Below are positions 7,965 to 16,744 of a stretch of DNA of 64,000 bases, one piece after another. The stretch lies in contig DAOUDX010000220.1 of assembly GCA_034430835.1 (NCBI GenBank), positions 344-64,343 on the forward strand. The letters run 5' to 3'. The notes beneath the pieces were generated by a model. That model worked only from the letters and a program-made list of their open reading frames with translations, was not told the origin of the DNA and did no database searches. The position numbers and the translations under genes were made by a program. This stretch comes from Anaerolineae bacterium (GTDB taxonomy: Bacteria > Chloroflexota > Anaerolineae > B4-G1). How positions within the stretch are numbered: position 1 is the first letter of the stretch; every line of letters begins with the position of its first letter.

Positions 7965-10189
7965 TTCTCCTCCATCACGCGAATCTTGCTCAGCAGCACG
8001 CGGTCGCCCATGCGATGACCGTCCTCCGCCAGGATGGGCAGGCGGCCCTCGTCGGAATGCAGGCCGACCTCGATGTCGTAAAAGCCCGGCGGCGTCGTCT
8101 CTCCCACCCTGAGATCGCGCACGTCCTCGACGATCTGGCCCGGCTCCCAGGAGAAGGTTGGGGCATTCCCCTCGATAGGCCAGCCGTCGTTCCAGGCCCA
8201 GACCTGGTTCTCGTCGCCGAGGACGTGAGCAAAGACGCCATAGCTCCGTTCCATCTTCGACAGCGCCCGCCAGTAGAGCGTCAGGCGGATCGTCTCGCCG
8301 GGGCGCACGGCGCGCCTATCCAGCGCATAGCCGACCAGCGCAGCCTTTCCGTCAAAGTTGGCATCCAGCGGGTTGGGAAATTCGCTATCGTGTGGCAAAA
8401 TCTCGACCGCCGCCAGACGCAGCGCGTCGCGCCCGTCGGGCGCGGTGAGGCGCGGGCCGTCGGGCAGGTAGAGGCCCACCTGGATGTATCCCGCGTCCGG
8501 CGCGTAAGCCGTCTCCGGGACGTGCACGCAGTACGTGTCGGCGAAGGGAACGCCCGGCTCCCAGGCGGTGGTCAGGTAGCGCCCCAGGCCGGGGTAGGTA
8601 TCCCGCTGGGCCACCATCGTGCCCGTGTCGCTTAACAGGTGAACGAAGACAGCATAGTTCTGCCCGGTCCGCGCCAGCGGCTCCCAATAGAGGGTGACCT
8701 CGATCTCCTCGCCCGGCTTGACGGCGGTCGGTGTGACCTCGTAGCCCAGCAGGCGGGCCGTATCGTCGAGGTCGGCGTTCACGCGGTTGGGTATGGTCGC
8801 GATCTCCGACGCGGTCAGCGGGCGAGGGCGACCAAAGCCTGGGGTCAGCACACCGACCAGCGCGTAGACGGCCAACGCCGCCATCCCAATCGCCACAACC
8901 GCTCCCGCCACCCAACCCCAACGGCGGGGGAAGAGCCGGCTCAGCCCTAGCGAGACCAGCACGGCGAACGCGGGCAGGCACGGGAAAAGAAAGCGCCCCA
9001 TCGGCCCGGCGGGTTGGATCGCGATGTAATAGAAGACGACGCCGACAAAGAGGAGGACGCTGGCGATCAGGGGGATCAGGAGGGCAGCGGGCGGGCTACC
9101 CCGGCGGGGGATCAGGTGGCCGGTCAGGGCGATGACGCAGAACCAGAACAGCGCCTGGTAAACGACCTCCGGCAGGGGGAGTTGTCCGTAGCCGAAGCGC
9201 CCCCACAGGCTGCTCCAGAGGTAGGGCAGACTCTGGGGAATGGCCCACAACCCCTCGGAAAATGACCGCCCCAACCACAGATCGTTGACCTTGCTCATGC
9301 CCGTGAGGTCGCCATAGAGCGCATAGTTGCGCGCAAACCACCACCCGGCGATAGCGACCGCCAGCCCGCCGACGATCAGGTTGCCTCGCAGAAAGGCGCG
9401 CCAACCGCCGGTGAGCGCAGTCGAACCGTCGCGCGTCCGCCACATGGCCAGCGCGTAAGCCAGCTCGATGAGGGCCGACAGCGCCACCAGGTTGAACTTG
9501 GTCAGGAGCGCCAGGCCGTAGAGGACGCCCAGCACGACGTCGATGCGCCAGCTTGGGCCGTGACGCACCAACCGCACGCACGCCCACAGCACCGCCCCGC
9601 CGCAGAGAGCGGCCAGGATGTCGTTGTTGATCGCGCCGCTCAGGTAGATGAACTGCGGGTTGAAACCGACCAGCGCCGCCGCGCCGGCCGCCAGCCCAGG
9701 CCGGCCGGGTGCGATCTCGCGCCCGATGCCATACGTCACGCAGACGACGCCCGCGCCGATGAGCACCGTCATCCAACGCACGACGTAGACAGCCAGAGTG
9801 ACGCCGTGGAACGGGAATTGCTCGTCCGCGCCGTGCAGATACTGGTTCTTGTTGTCGTCGCTGACCTCCCAGTAGCGGCTATCCCAGTGAGGATTGGTGG
9901 GCGGGTCGTAGTAGACGTCCTGCTCGACGTGCACCCACCAACTGGCGAGCGCGCCAAGGGCATAGTAGAGCGGCGGGTGGTGGCTCTGCGCGCGCGGCCC
10001 TTCGGCGGACTGCACCGGCAGCTCGCGGTAGACGATGAGGTGGCGCACGTAGCGGAAATGGCGTATCTCGTCGGTGGGCTCGTAGATGGGGGAGGAGAGA
10101 GTATAGGCGAGGGCCAGCGCCAGGTAGGCGGCGAGGATAATGAACAATGAGCAATGGGACAATGAACGACGGCGGAGGAGTGCTCTCAC
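7961..10189 (-). CDS. GT-C fold membrane glycosyltransferase (ArnT/PMT-like) with two C-terminal beta-rich modules
   Basis: ORF track 7961-10231. I prefer the GTG at 10189, which has GGAGG 9 nt upstream and avoids overlap with yfhO. Acidic first-loop motif PIYEPTDEIRHFRYV follows TM1, then at least 10 TM segments. The C-terminus carries two copies of the LLGY..PGE.I.VTLYW...Y.VFVHL...PPG.Y.I.VGLY module. Confidence 0.8.
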   Translation of the reverse strand: MRALLRRRSLSHCSLFIILAAYLALALAYTLSSPIYEPTDEIRHFRYVRHLIVYRELPVQSAEGPRAQSHHPPLYYALGALASWWVHVEQDVYYDPPTNPHWDSRYWEVSDDNKNQYLHGADEQFPFHGVTLAVYVVRWMTVLIGAGVVCVTYGIGREIAPGRPGLAAGAAALVGFNPQFIYLSGAINNDILAALCGGAVLWACVRLVRHGPSWRIDVVLGVLYGLALLTKFNLVALSALIELAYALAMWRTRDGSTALTGGWRAFLRGNLIVGGLAVAIAGWWFARNYALYGDLTGMSKVNDLWLGRSFSEGLWAIPQSLPYLWSSLWGRFGYGQLPLPEVVYQALFWFCVIALTGHLIPRRGSPPAALLIPLIASVLLFVGVVFYYIAIQPAGPMGRFLFPCLPAFAVLVSLGLSRLFPRRWGWVAGAVVAIGMAALAVYALVGVLTPGFGRPRPLTASEIATIPNRVNADLDDTARLLGYEVTPTAVKPGEEIEVTLYWEPLARTGQNYAVFVHLLSDTGTMVAQRDTYPGLGRYLTTAWEPGVPFADTYCVHVPETAYAPDAGYIQVGLYLPDGPRLTAPDGRDALRLAAVEILPHDSEFPNPLDANFDGKAALVGYALDRRAVRPGETIRLTLYWRALSKMERSYGVFAHVLGDENQVWAWNDGWPIEGNAPTFSWEPGQIVEDVRDLRVGETTPPGFYDIEVGLHSDEGRLPILAEDGHRMGDRVLLSKIRVMEEK

Positions 10190-10196
10190 GGCATGC

Positions 10197-12581
10197 CTAC
10201 CTCCGCCGCAGTAGTCGCCGGGCAACGGCACCGACGAGCAGCAGCAACGTCAAGCCGGTGATCGCCAGGCCGATCTTGGGCAGCGGCGGGTCGTAGGCCA
10301 GCACGACCCGGTGCTCGCCCGACGGGACGCAGACGGCGCGCAGGACATAGTCGGCGCGCACCAGCGGCGCGGGCTCGCCATCCACCTCGGCCCGCCAGCC
10401 GGGATAGGCCACCTCGCTGAGGACGAGCAGCCCGCCGCCGCCCGATACCTGCGCCTCGATCCGGTTTCCTTCGTCGCGCACGCCTTCCACCTCACCGCTC
10501 CCGTCGCCCGTGCACGATAGCGGCGACTCCACCAGCGCCACCGCGCGCGGGTCGAAATCAGGCTCGTGGATGCGGGCGAGGGTGCTCTCGTCGTCCAGCA
10601 CCGCGACCTGCGGCACGACCCACGCGCGGGGCAGCACGCCGGGTCGCTCGTAGACCCACACGCCCGATTCCTCCAGCGCCAGGCGGGGCGCGTCGGATCC
10701 CTCGAATTCCTGCGGGGCCGTCGTCACCAGGTAGCCGGCGTTGAGCAGGTCGTAGGTCCGTGCGCGCGGATCGGGCCGGGAGGTGATGAACTCTTCATAT
10801 CGCTGGAGGACCAGCGGGTCGTATCCAAAGACACTGCGCAGCCCGAACTCCATGCCGCCGTTGTGCTCGAAATCATTCAGCCCCCAGGGGAGCACGCGCG
10901 CGGCCTGGGGGTCCTCCACGGCCTGGGAGATGATGCGCCAGTACGCGCTCTCCTGCACGTCCACCGGCTGCACCGCCCCGCCGCCGAAAGTCCACAGGTC
11001 GAGCACGACCAGGCCCAGCGCCAGCAGCCACAACGCGCGGCGGGAGAGCGCGCCGTTGCGCCAGGCGCGCAGCAGGCCGGTCGATAGGAGGAAGAACAGC
11101 AAGAACGTCGCCGTCTGATTGGCCAGGTGGTATAGCCGCCCCGCCGCCGGGTTCGACTCGCGCCCCCAGGCAAAGGCCGCGAATCCGGCCACGACCACTA
11201 TCGCCGCGATCCCCGCCACGGTCAGAAAGATGGAGCGCTTGAGTGGCCTAAGCAGCCGTCGTCGTTCCTCCCCCCCTCTATCCCCCCCCTTGGGGGGGAG
11301 GCATCCCCCTCTGTCCCCCCGGATGGGTCCTTCCCCTGCTCTATCCCCCCCGGTGGGGGGGACGAGGGGGGGGGTGAGGGATTGAAGCGCCGTCACCATC
11401 AGCCCGGCCAGCGCGGCGGCGGCCAATGTGAAGAGGAACCCGGCCCTGGCCGGGGCCCGCACCGACTGGAACAGCGGCACGAAGCGATAGAACAGGGGAT
11501 GGAGCGCGCCGTACTCCCCAAAGGCCAGCAGCAGCGCGCCCAGGCCGAGGGCGAACAGGAACGGCTTCAATCGATGGCACAGCCTGAGGCCCAGCAGCGC
11601 CAGCAGCAGCGGCAGGACGCCGACGTAGAGGATGAACTCGTCGTAGATGCCATCGCCCCAATAGCCGGTGCGCAGCGGCTCGCCGAAAAAGTTGGGCACC
11701 AGGAGGGTGAGCAGGTAGCCCGGCGGCCAGGAGAAGCGGGCGGCGAAATCGTAGCTGCCCCCCTGCCGCACCGAGTGGGCGACCAACTCGACCGTCGGCA
11801 GAACCTGCACCGCTGCTAGCGCCAGCCCGACGAGGAGCATCGCGCTCGTCTGTGCCAGCGGGAGCGCCGCCGCTCGCACCGTCCGCTCCTCCCGCCAACC
11901 TTCCCAGGCGCGGAAAGCGGCGTAGGCGGCCAGCCCCAGCGCCACGTAGAGGAACGAGGCGGTGTGGCCCGCCAGGATCGAGAGCCCGACCGGTAGTCCC
12001 CCCAGCACAGCCAGACCCCACGACCGGCGCGCCGTGGCGCGCCCGTAGGCCCACAGCACGAAGGGCAGCCACGTCCCGGTGGTGATGACGCCCAGGTGGC
12101 CCGCCTGCACGCGCACGAAAAAATAGCCGCTGAAGGCAATGACGGTCCCGCCGACGAGCGCCCCGGCCTTCGACGCGCCCTCCGCGCGCAGCCATGCATA
12201 CATCCCCGTCCCCGCCAGCCACAGGTGCAGGACGACGATCAGCCCCAGCGCCTTGGGGACGGGCAGCAGCAGCGCCAGCCACGTGGGGGGGTAGAAAAGC
12301 GCTGGCTGGGGGTTGGCGACGAAGGGCAACCCCGAGGAGAGGTAGGGGTTCCACAGCGGCAGGCGGCCCTGGTGGATCGAGGAACGGGCGAAGCTGAGCC
12401 AGTGGTAGAACATATGGGTCAGATCGTTCCCGGCGACGATGCGGCTGGAGGGCAGCCACAGCACGTCCCAAAAGAAGGCCAGGCATAGCAATCCCAGGGC
12501 CGCAACCGGCCAGGCGCTGCGCCAGAGGGTGTCTATTCTGTGTCTCTGTCTCCCAATTTCATCCATGATGGAATAGCTCAC
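10197..12581 (-). CDS. yfhO: YfhO-family membrane glycosyltransferase-like protein
   Basis: 794-aa ORF. The N-terminus ...IVAGNDLTHMFYHWLSFARSSIHQGRLPLWNPYLSSGLPFVANPQPALFYP... and the C-terminus ...SEVAYPGWRAEVDGEPAPLVRADYVLRAVCVPSGEHRVVLAY are the hallmark YfhO pattern. Confidence 0.85.
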   Translation of the reverse strand: MSYSIMDEIGRQRHRIDTLWRSAWPVAALGLLCLAFFWDVLWLPSSRIVAGNDLTHMFYHWLSFARSSIHQGRLPLWNPYLSSGLPFVANPQPALFYPPTWLALLLPVPKALGLIVVLHLWLAGTGMYAWLRAEGASKAGALVGGTVIAFSGYFFVRVQAGHLGVITTGTWLPFVLWAYGRATARRSWGLAVLGGLPVGLSILAGHTASFLYVALGLAAYAAFRAWEGWREERTVRAAALPLAQTSAMLLVGLALAAVQVLPTVELVAHSVRQGGSYDFAARFSWPPGYLLTLLVPNFFGEPLRTGYWGDGIYDEFILYVGVLPLLLALLGLRLCHRLKPFLFALGLGALLLAFGEYGALHPLFYRFVPLFQSVRAPARAGFLFTLAAAALAGLMVTALQSLTPPLVPPTGGDRAGEGPIRGDRGGCLPPKGGDRGGEERRRLLRPLKRSIFLTVAGIAAIVVVAGFAAFAWGRESNPAAGRLYHLANQTATFLLFFLLSTGLLRAWRNGALSRRALWLLALGLVVLDLWTFGGGAVQPVDVQESAYWRIISQAVEDPQAARVLPWGLNDFEHNGGMEFGLRSVFGYDPLVLQRYEEFITSRPDPRARTYDLLNAGYLVTTAPQEFEGSDAPRLALEESGVWVYERPGVLPRAWVVPQVAVLDDESTLARIHEPDFDPRAVALVESPLSCTGDGSGEVEGVRDEGNRIEAQVSGGGGLLVLSEVAYPGWRAEVDGEPAPLVRADYVLRAVCVPSGEHRVVLAYDPPLPKIGLAITGLTLLLLVGAVARRLLRRR
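11268..11380 (-). repeat. G/C-homopolymer-rich triple repeat inserted in frame in yfhO
   Basis: Three copies of CCCTCT(A/G)TCCCCCC, each followed by a short spacer and a G-run (for example ccccccccTTGggggggagg and cccccccGGTggggggg, then a run of about 9 G). Encodes TPPLVPPTGGDRAGEGPIRGDRGGCLPPKGGDRGGEE between two TM segments. Confidence 0.8.
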
Positions 12582-12679
12582 TCGCTACCTTGCTTTGCAA
12601 AGTACTTTCCTGGCTGAGTTAGGCGCGCAATAGAGCAATCAGGTGCGGCCAATCATGCAACATAACCAGCAAGTAAGAC

Positions 12680-14653
12680 CTAATTCCATGTTCCCAAAGT
12701 TCGACAATAGCGCGCCCCGGATTCAACATTCACTGCTCCTCGCAAGAAGGGCGTGAGGGTTCGCCTAGGGTTGCCTGGGGCACTTCCACTGTGTCTCTGC
12801 CGCGCTATTCGCCTGTTGCAGTATGTGATATACAGTTGGTGCTTGGCTCTTGTGAGAGACACGTAGAGCAATCGTCTCTCGTCATCAAGAGCCTCTCCTC
12901 TGGCATCACCCGGAATGAGTTGCTCCTCGGCAGCGACAATGATGACAGCTTTTGCAGAAAGCCCTTTAGCCCTGTGCATCGTCAAGATGTTGATCTTTTC
13001 CGACTCCAACTCTTGGTCAAGAGTGTCTTCGGGGCTTGTAAGGGCTTGTACTAGTTGATCGAGCGTAGCAGCGTTGAAGCGCTCTGCCACTCGTTCAATA
13101 TGGATGAGGACTGAGCGTCGATCCTCTTGAGAAGGGATCACGATCCCTGCAAGGTCAGACAGCCGCCCGAAGAGCTCTCCCCGTATTCTAGCGCGTTCAA
13201 CATCATCCTCGAGATCAAGAGGCTCGGAAGGGCTCAAGTCAGCAAGCATATCTCTGAGTTCGCGAATCGCAGAAACCTCCCGCTGTGCGAGTCTGCCACG
13301 GGGTATAGTCTCCGGGTCATCCTCAATGCATCGGAGCGCCTGATGGAATCGTAGTCCACTCTTGACAGCATAATCATAGATCGCCGCTATTGTCTTGGAT
13401 CCGATCTGATTCTTCCTGCCAACGGATTGGAGCAAGGTACGCCACGCTAGATCATCATGAGGGTTGAGTGCAAGCCGCATGAGACTCAGCACGTAGCGGC
13501 CCGGTGCTTCGTCCATCGGGCCGCCCCTCTCTGACCGAACGTTGACGTCCATACCCCTACTACATAGCGCTGCCTTGAGAACCGATGAGTATCTTTCTTG
13601 GTGATCGCTTCGAAGCAATATCAGAATATCGTCAGGATCGTATTGCTCAACATCGATAAGATATCTGCAGATAGATGCAACTCCTCTTGCTTCCTCATGC
13701 TGATCGCCAAAGCGAAGCAGATGTACCTCGCCGTCGCCGGCGCCCGCGCAAGGATTCAGCGGTTTCTCAATTCGGTTGTGGTCCAAGTTGGCAACGTACT
13801 GACCTACTGCAACTATGGATCGATCGCATCGCCAGCATGTATCGAGTTCCAGTGAGACAGAGGGATGATACTCATCCAGGAAGCGGCGAATTCCTGCCGG
13901 ATGGGCACGACGAAAGCCATATATGCTTTGGTCATCGTCACCAGCGCAGAACACTTCTGCACCAAGGTCTGCTAGGATTCGGACGATTGCCAAATCGCAT
14001 TTGTTGAGGTCTTGATACTCGTCAACGAGTAGATGCTGAATGTCGCCTTCCAGGTCGAACTCATCGGGGTTCTCCTCCACAGCATGCTTGAGCTGCCAGA
14101 CAAGTTCAGAACGGAGAGTATATCCGTAGATCTCCCGATGCTGACTCCAAGCGCCCATGAAGTTGGGATCAGCGGGCTGATAGCCTGAGTTTTCCACTGC
14201 CAGACTCTGCCAATCACTTGATAATTCCGCGAATTTCTCTCGGATTTCCCTGTCACGAAGGCTCAACATCTGAGCAATATCGGCCCGGATGATGAACTTC
14301 TCCTCGAAGTCATCAGCTATTCTCAAAGGCTGCGGCAGGGAGGTTATCAGCCTAGAGTTCCGGAGGAGTTGCCGAAGAGCAAAGGAATGCAGCGTGCTGA
14401 CTCGAGGTGTGGACAGACTGTGTTGTGATAGCTCGTCGGCGACGCTTCTGCGGAGATCGTAGGCATTTACTCTGGTGAAGGCAACTGCAAGGATCGAATC
14501 CGGCGGGACCCCATCCTCAGTCACCAACTTTGCTACACGTCGGGTAAGAGTCAGAGTCTTCCCCGTACCTGGCCCCGCTAGGAGTCGCGCATGCATTCCT
14601 GTATGTCCGGCAGCCTCAAGCTGTCTTCCACGAAGTTCATCGTCCCATGCCAT
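12680..14653 (-). CDS. UvrD/Rep/PcrA-type superfamily 1 DNA helicase, orphan, in a low-GC patch
   Basis: 657-aa ORF. Walker A LLAGPGTGKTLT, motif II LLVDEYQDLN, MHRAKGLSAKAVII, and motif VI-like RRLLYVSLTRAKHQLYITY. Sampled lines are about 45-53% GC, against mid-60s in the flanking genes. Confidence 0.9.
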   Translation of the reverse strand: MAWDDELRGRQLEAAGHTGMHARLLAGPGTGKTLTLTRRVAKLVTEDGVPPDSILAVAFTRVNAYDLRRSVADELSQHSLSTPRVSTLHSFALRQLLRNSRLITSLPQPLRIADDFEEKFIIRADIAQMLSLRDREIREKFAELSSDWQSLAVENSGYQPADPNFMGAWSQHREIYGYTLRSELVWQLKHAVEENPDEFDLEGDIQHLLVDEYQDLNKCDLAIVRILADLGAEVFCAGDDDQSIYGFRRAHPAGIRRFLDEYHPSVSLELDTCWRCDRSIVAVGQYVANLDHNRIEKPLNPCAGAGDGEVHLLRFGDQHEEARGVASICRYLIDVEQYDPDDILILLRSDHQERYSSVLKAALCSRGMDVNVRSERGGPMDEAPGRYVLSLMRLALNPHDDLAWRTLLQSVGRKNQIGSKTIAAIYDYAVKSGLRFHQALRCIEDDPETIPRGRLAQREVSAIRELRDMLADLSPSEPLDLEDDVERARIRGELFGRLSDLAGIVIPSQEDRRSVLIHIERVAERFNAATLDQLVQALTSPEDTLDQELESEKINILTMHRAKGLSAKAVIIVAAEEQLIPGDARGEALDDERRLLYVSLTRAKHQLYITYCNRRIARQRHSGSAPGNPRRTLTPFLRGAVNVESGARYCRTLGTWN

Positions 14654-14716
14654 TGTGTGCCCCTTCTGTTAGTGCTGCTGCCCAACGTGTAGTTTAACAG
14701 AACCAAGCCGATCTGT

Positions 14717-16744
14717 CTACTCCGCCGGCAGCGCGATCTCCAGCCCCACCGTCGCCGCGTCGGCGCCCAGCAGCGGGACGTTGCCGAGAAAGTCCCCGCT
14801 TCCGGGCTGGAGGGTGTACATGCCGACGCGCATCGTGAGCGCGCCCGGCGGGGCGTCGGGCGGGACCTGCATCTCGAACCAGTTGAGGATCGTATCGCTG
14901 GCACGCCAGTAGACGGGGCGCAGGCTCGGCCCGTCCTGCTGCCCGCGCAGCTCGCCCTGCGCGTCGAGCAGGTGGTTGAACCAGTGGTAGTAGACGTCCT
15001 CGGTGGGGGTCTCGGTGGGCCGCCAGATCAGCGTCCAGCGGATCGCGCCGCCGGGCTTCAAGTTTCCTTCGAGGCAAGTACCGAGGAGCTGCGCGCCGTT
15101 GGCCCAGGTGCGCGGCCCACCGTCCAGCGGCCGCATGCAGGGGATATCCGGCTCGCCGCCCGGCCAGCGGTAGAAGCGGTAGGAGCGGATGCCTTCGCGC
15201 AGCGGGATGCGCGCGGCGGCTACCGCCGGCGTGAAGGTAGCGAGCAGTTCTTCCCCAGGCGATGCCTCGCCAAACGCGGGTTCGTAGGCCACCCAGTAGA
15301 CGGCGGGGTGGGCCGGGAATACGAGCGCCGTCCGCACGTCCACCGGCCTGTGGGGATAGCCATACAGCAGCACGTCGGCGGCGTTGGGCATCTCGTACAT
15401 GCGCGGCTCGTCCCCCAGCGCAAGCAGGATCACCTCCTCGCTGCCGATCTCTTCTCCCAACCTTTTGGCCGTCTCGACCGCCCGCATCTCGTAGGTCACC
15501 GGCGTGCCGTACCCGCCGAACGCCGTCTCGCGCGTCATGACAAAGCGCAGGATGGAGACGAACTCGTGGGTCTGCGCGACGACGAGCGCCGCGATCAGCA
15601 CAACCAGGACCGCCTGGAGGATGCGCGCCAGATGGCCTTTCAGCCGGCCGGCCTGGGCGACGACCCAGCCGACGAGGATGAACTGCGCCGGAAGGGTCGT
15701 GGTAAAGTAGTGAGGCGCGACTGGCCTGCTCTCGCTATAGCGCGTCAGGAACAGGGCCGGCATCACCAGCCAGGTGGCCGCCATCAGCGCGGCGGCCGTC
15801 TCGCCGTCCAGGCCGGTGCGTGCACAGCGGATGGCCCGCCACAGCGCCAGGACGACGCCGAGAATGGCCCCACCTCCCAGGAGGGCAAAGAGCCAGCGGG
15901 CGTTGGGCGTGGCGACCAGGAACTCCTGGTAGAGGTCCAGTCCGGTCAGGTGGTGCAGGTCGTAGCCGGTGGTGATGACCCAGGTAGTGTAGGCAGCATC
16001 AGGTCTGATGCTTGACGGTTCTTGAGCTAACACGACGTAGCGCTGGACGTTGCGCCAGTCTTTGCCGGCGTCGGTGATCAGGTAGGGGACGAAGGTCAGC
16101 GCGGCTACCAGCACGCACACCGGCACGAGCCGCCAGTCGATGCGTTTGAAGAAGACGATGCCCCACAGGATGGTCAGCAGGATGAAGGGGAGGGACGTCA
16201 GGTGGGTCTGCACCAGTGCGGCCAGCGCCAGGGCGTGGGCTATCAGCGCCCAGCGCCGCCCGCGCACGAACGCCAGCCACCCAGTCGTGACGTACAGCAT
16301 CACCAGCGGCGGCATCAGCACCGTGTGCCAGATCTTGCGCGAGTAGATCACGGCCCACGGCGCGACGGTGTACAAAAGCGTTGCCACCAGAGCCGCTGTG
16401 CTGCCGAACCAGCGCCGCGTCAGAAAGTAGCAGCCGACCACGGCGAGCAGGTTGAGCAGAGCGACAAAGCCGGTGGCGAACACGGGACTGGGGGAGATGG
16501 CGTATGGAATGGCGTACAGCCAGATGGCGAAGGGGAACGTGCCCACCCCAGTGGAGGAGATCGGCCCCATCCACATGATCCTGCGCTCCTGCGCCATCCT
16601 CAACCCCCATTTGGAGATCTCGGACTGATCCCATAGGAACTCGGCCTGGTCGAGGTGGGTGAAGCGCAGCCAGGCGGCGAGGAGCACGATGGCGCACAAC
16701 AAAACGAGTTCGAGCTTCGAGATAGGGTGCTTTTCGTCGCTCAA
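14717..16744 (-). CDS. GT-C fold membrane glycosyltransferase (ArnT/PMT-like) with C-terminal beta-rich module
   Basis: 675-aa ORF starting at TTG in a TTGA overlap with the upstream stop (16741-16744). TM1 is followed by LDQAEFLWDQSEISKWG. It has many TM segments and an ArnT-like ...FLTRRWFGSTAALVATLLYTVAPWAVIYSRK... The C-terminus LLGTCLEGNLKPGGAIRWTLIW...PPDAPPGALTMRVGMYTL is a variant of the shared module. Confidence 0.75.
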   Translation of the reverse strand: MSDEKHPISKLELVLLCAIVLLAAWLRFTHLDQAEFLWDQSEISKWGLRMAQERRIMWMGPISSTGVGTFPFAIWLYAIPYAISPSPVFATGFVALLNLLAVVGCYFLTRRWFGSTAALVATLLYTVAPWAVIYSRKIWHTVLMPPLVMLYVTTGWLAFVRGRRWALIAHALALAALVQTHLTSLPFILLTILWGIVFFKRIDWRLVPVCVLVAALTFVPYLITDAGKDWRNVQRYVVLAQEPSSIRPDAAYTTWVITTGYDLHHLTGLDLYQEFLVATPNARWLFALLGGGAILGVVLALWRAIRCARTGLDGETAAALMAATWLVMPALFLTRYSESRPVAPHYFTTTLPAQFILVGWVVAQAGRLKGHLARILQAVLVVLIAALVVAQTHEFVSILRFVMTRETAFGGYGTPVTYEMRAVETAKRLGEEIGSEEVILLALGDEPRMYEMPNAADVLLYGYPHRPVDVRTALVFPAHPAVYWVAYEPAFGEASPGEELLATFTPAVAAARIPLREGIRSYRFYRWPGGEPDIPCMRPLDGGPRTWANGAQLLGTCLEGNLKPGGAIRWTLIWRPTETPTEDVYYHWFNHLLDAQGELRGQQDGPSLRPVYWRASDTILNWFEMQVPPDAPPGALTMRVGMYTLQPGSGDFLGNVPLLGADAATVGLEIALPAE

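Noticed and set aside
12680-14653. UvrD-like helicase as part of a Gabija system
   Set aside because: No GajA-like ATPase/TOPRIM nuclease or any other partner lies adjacent. Both neighbours are envelope glycosyltransferases.
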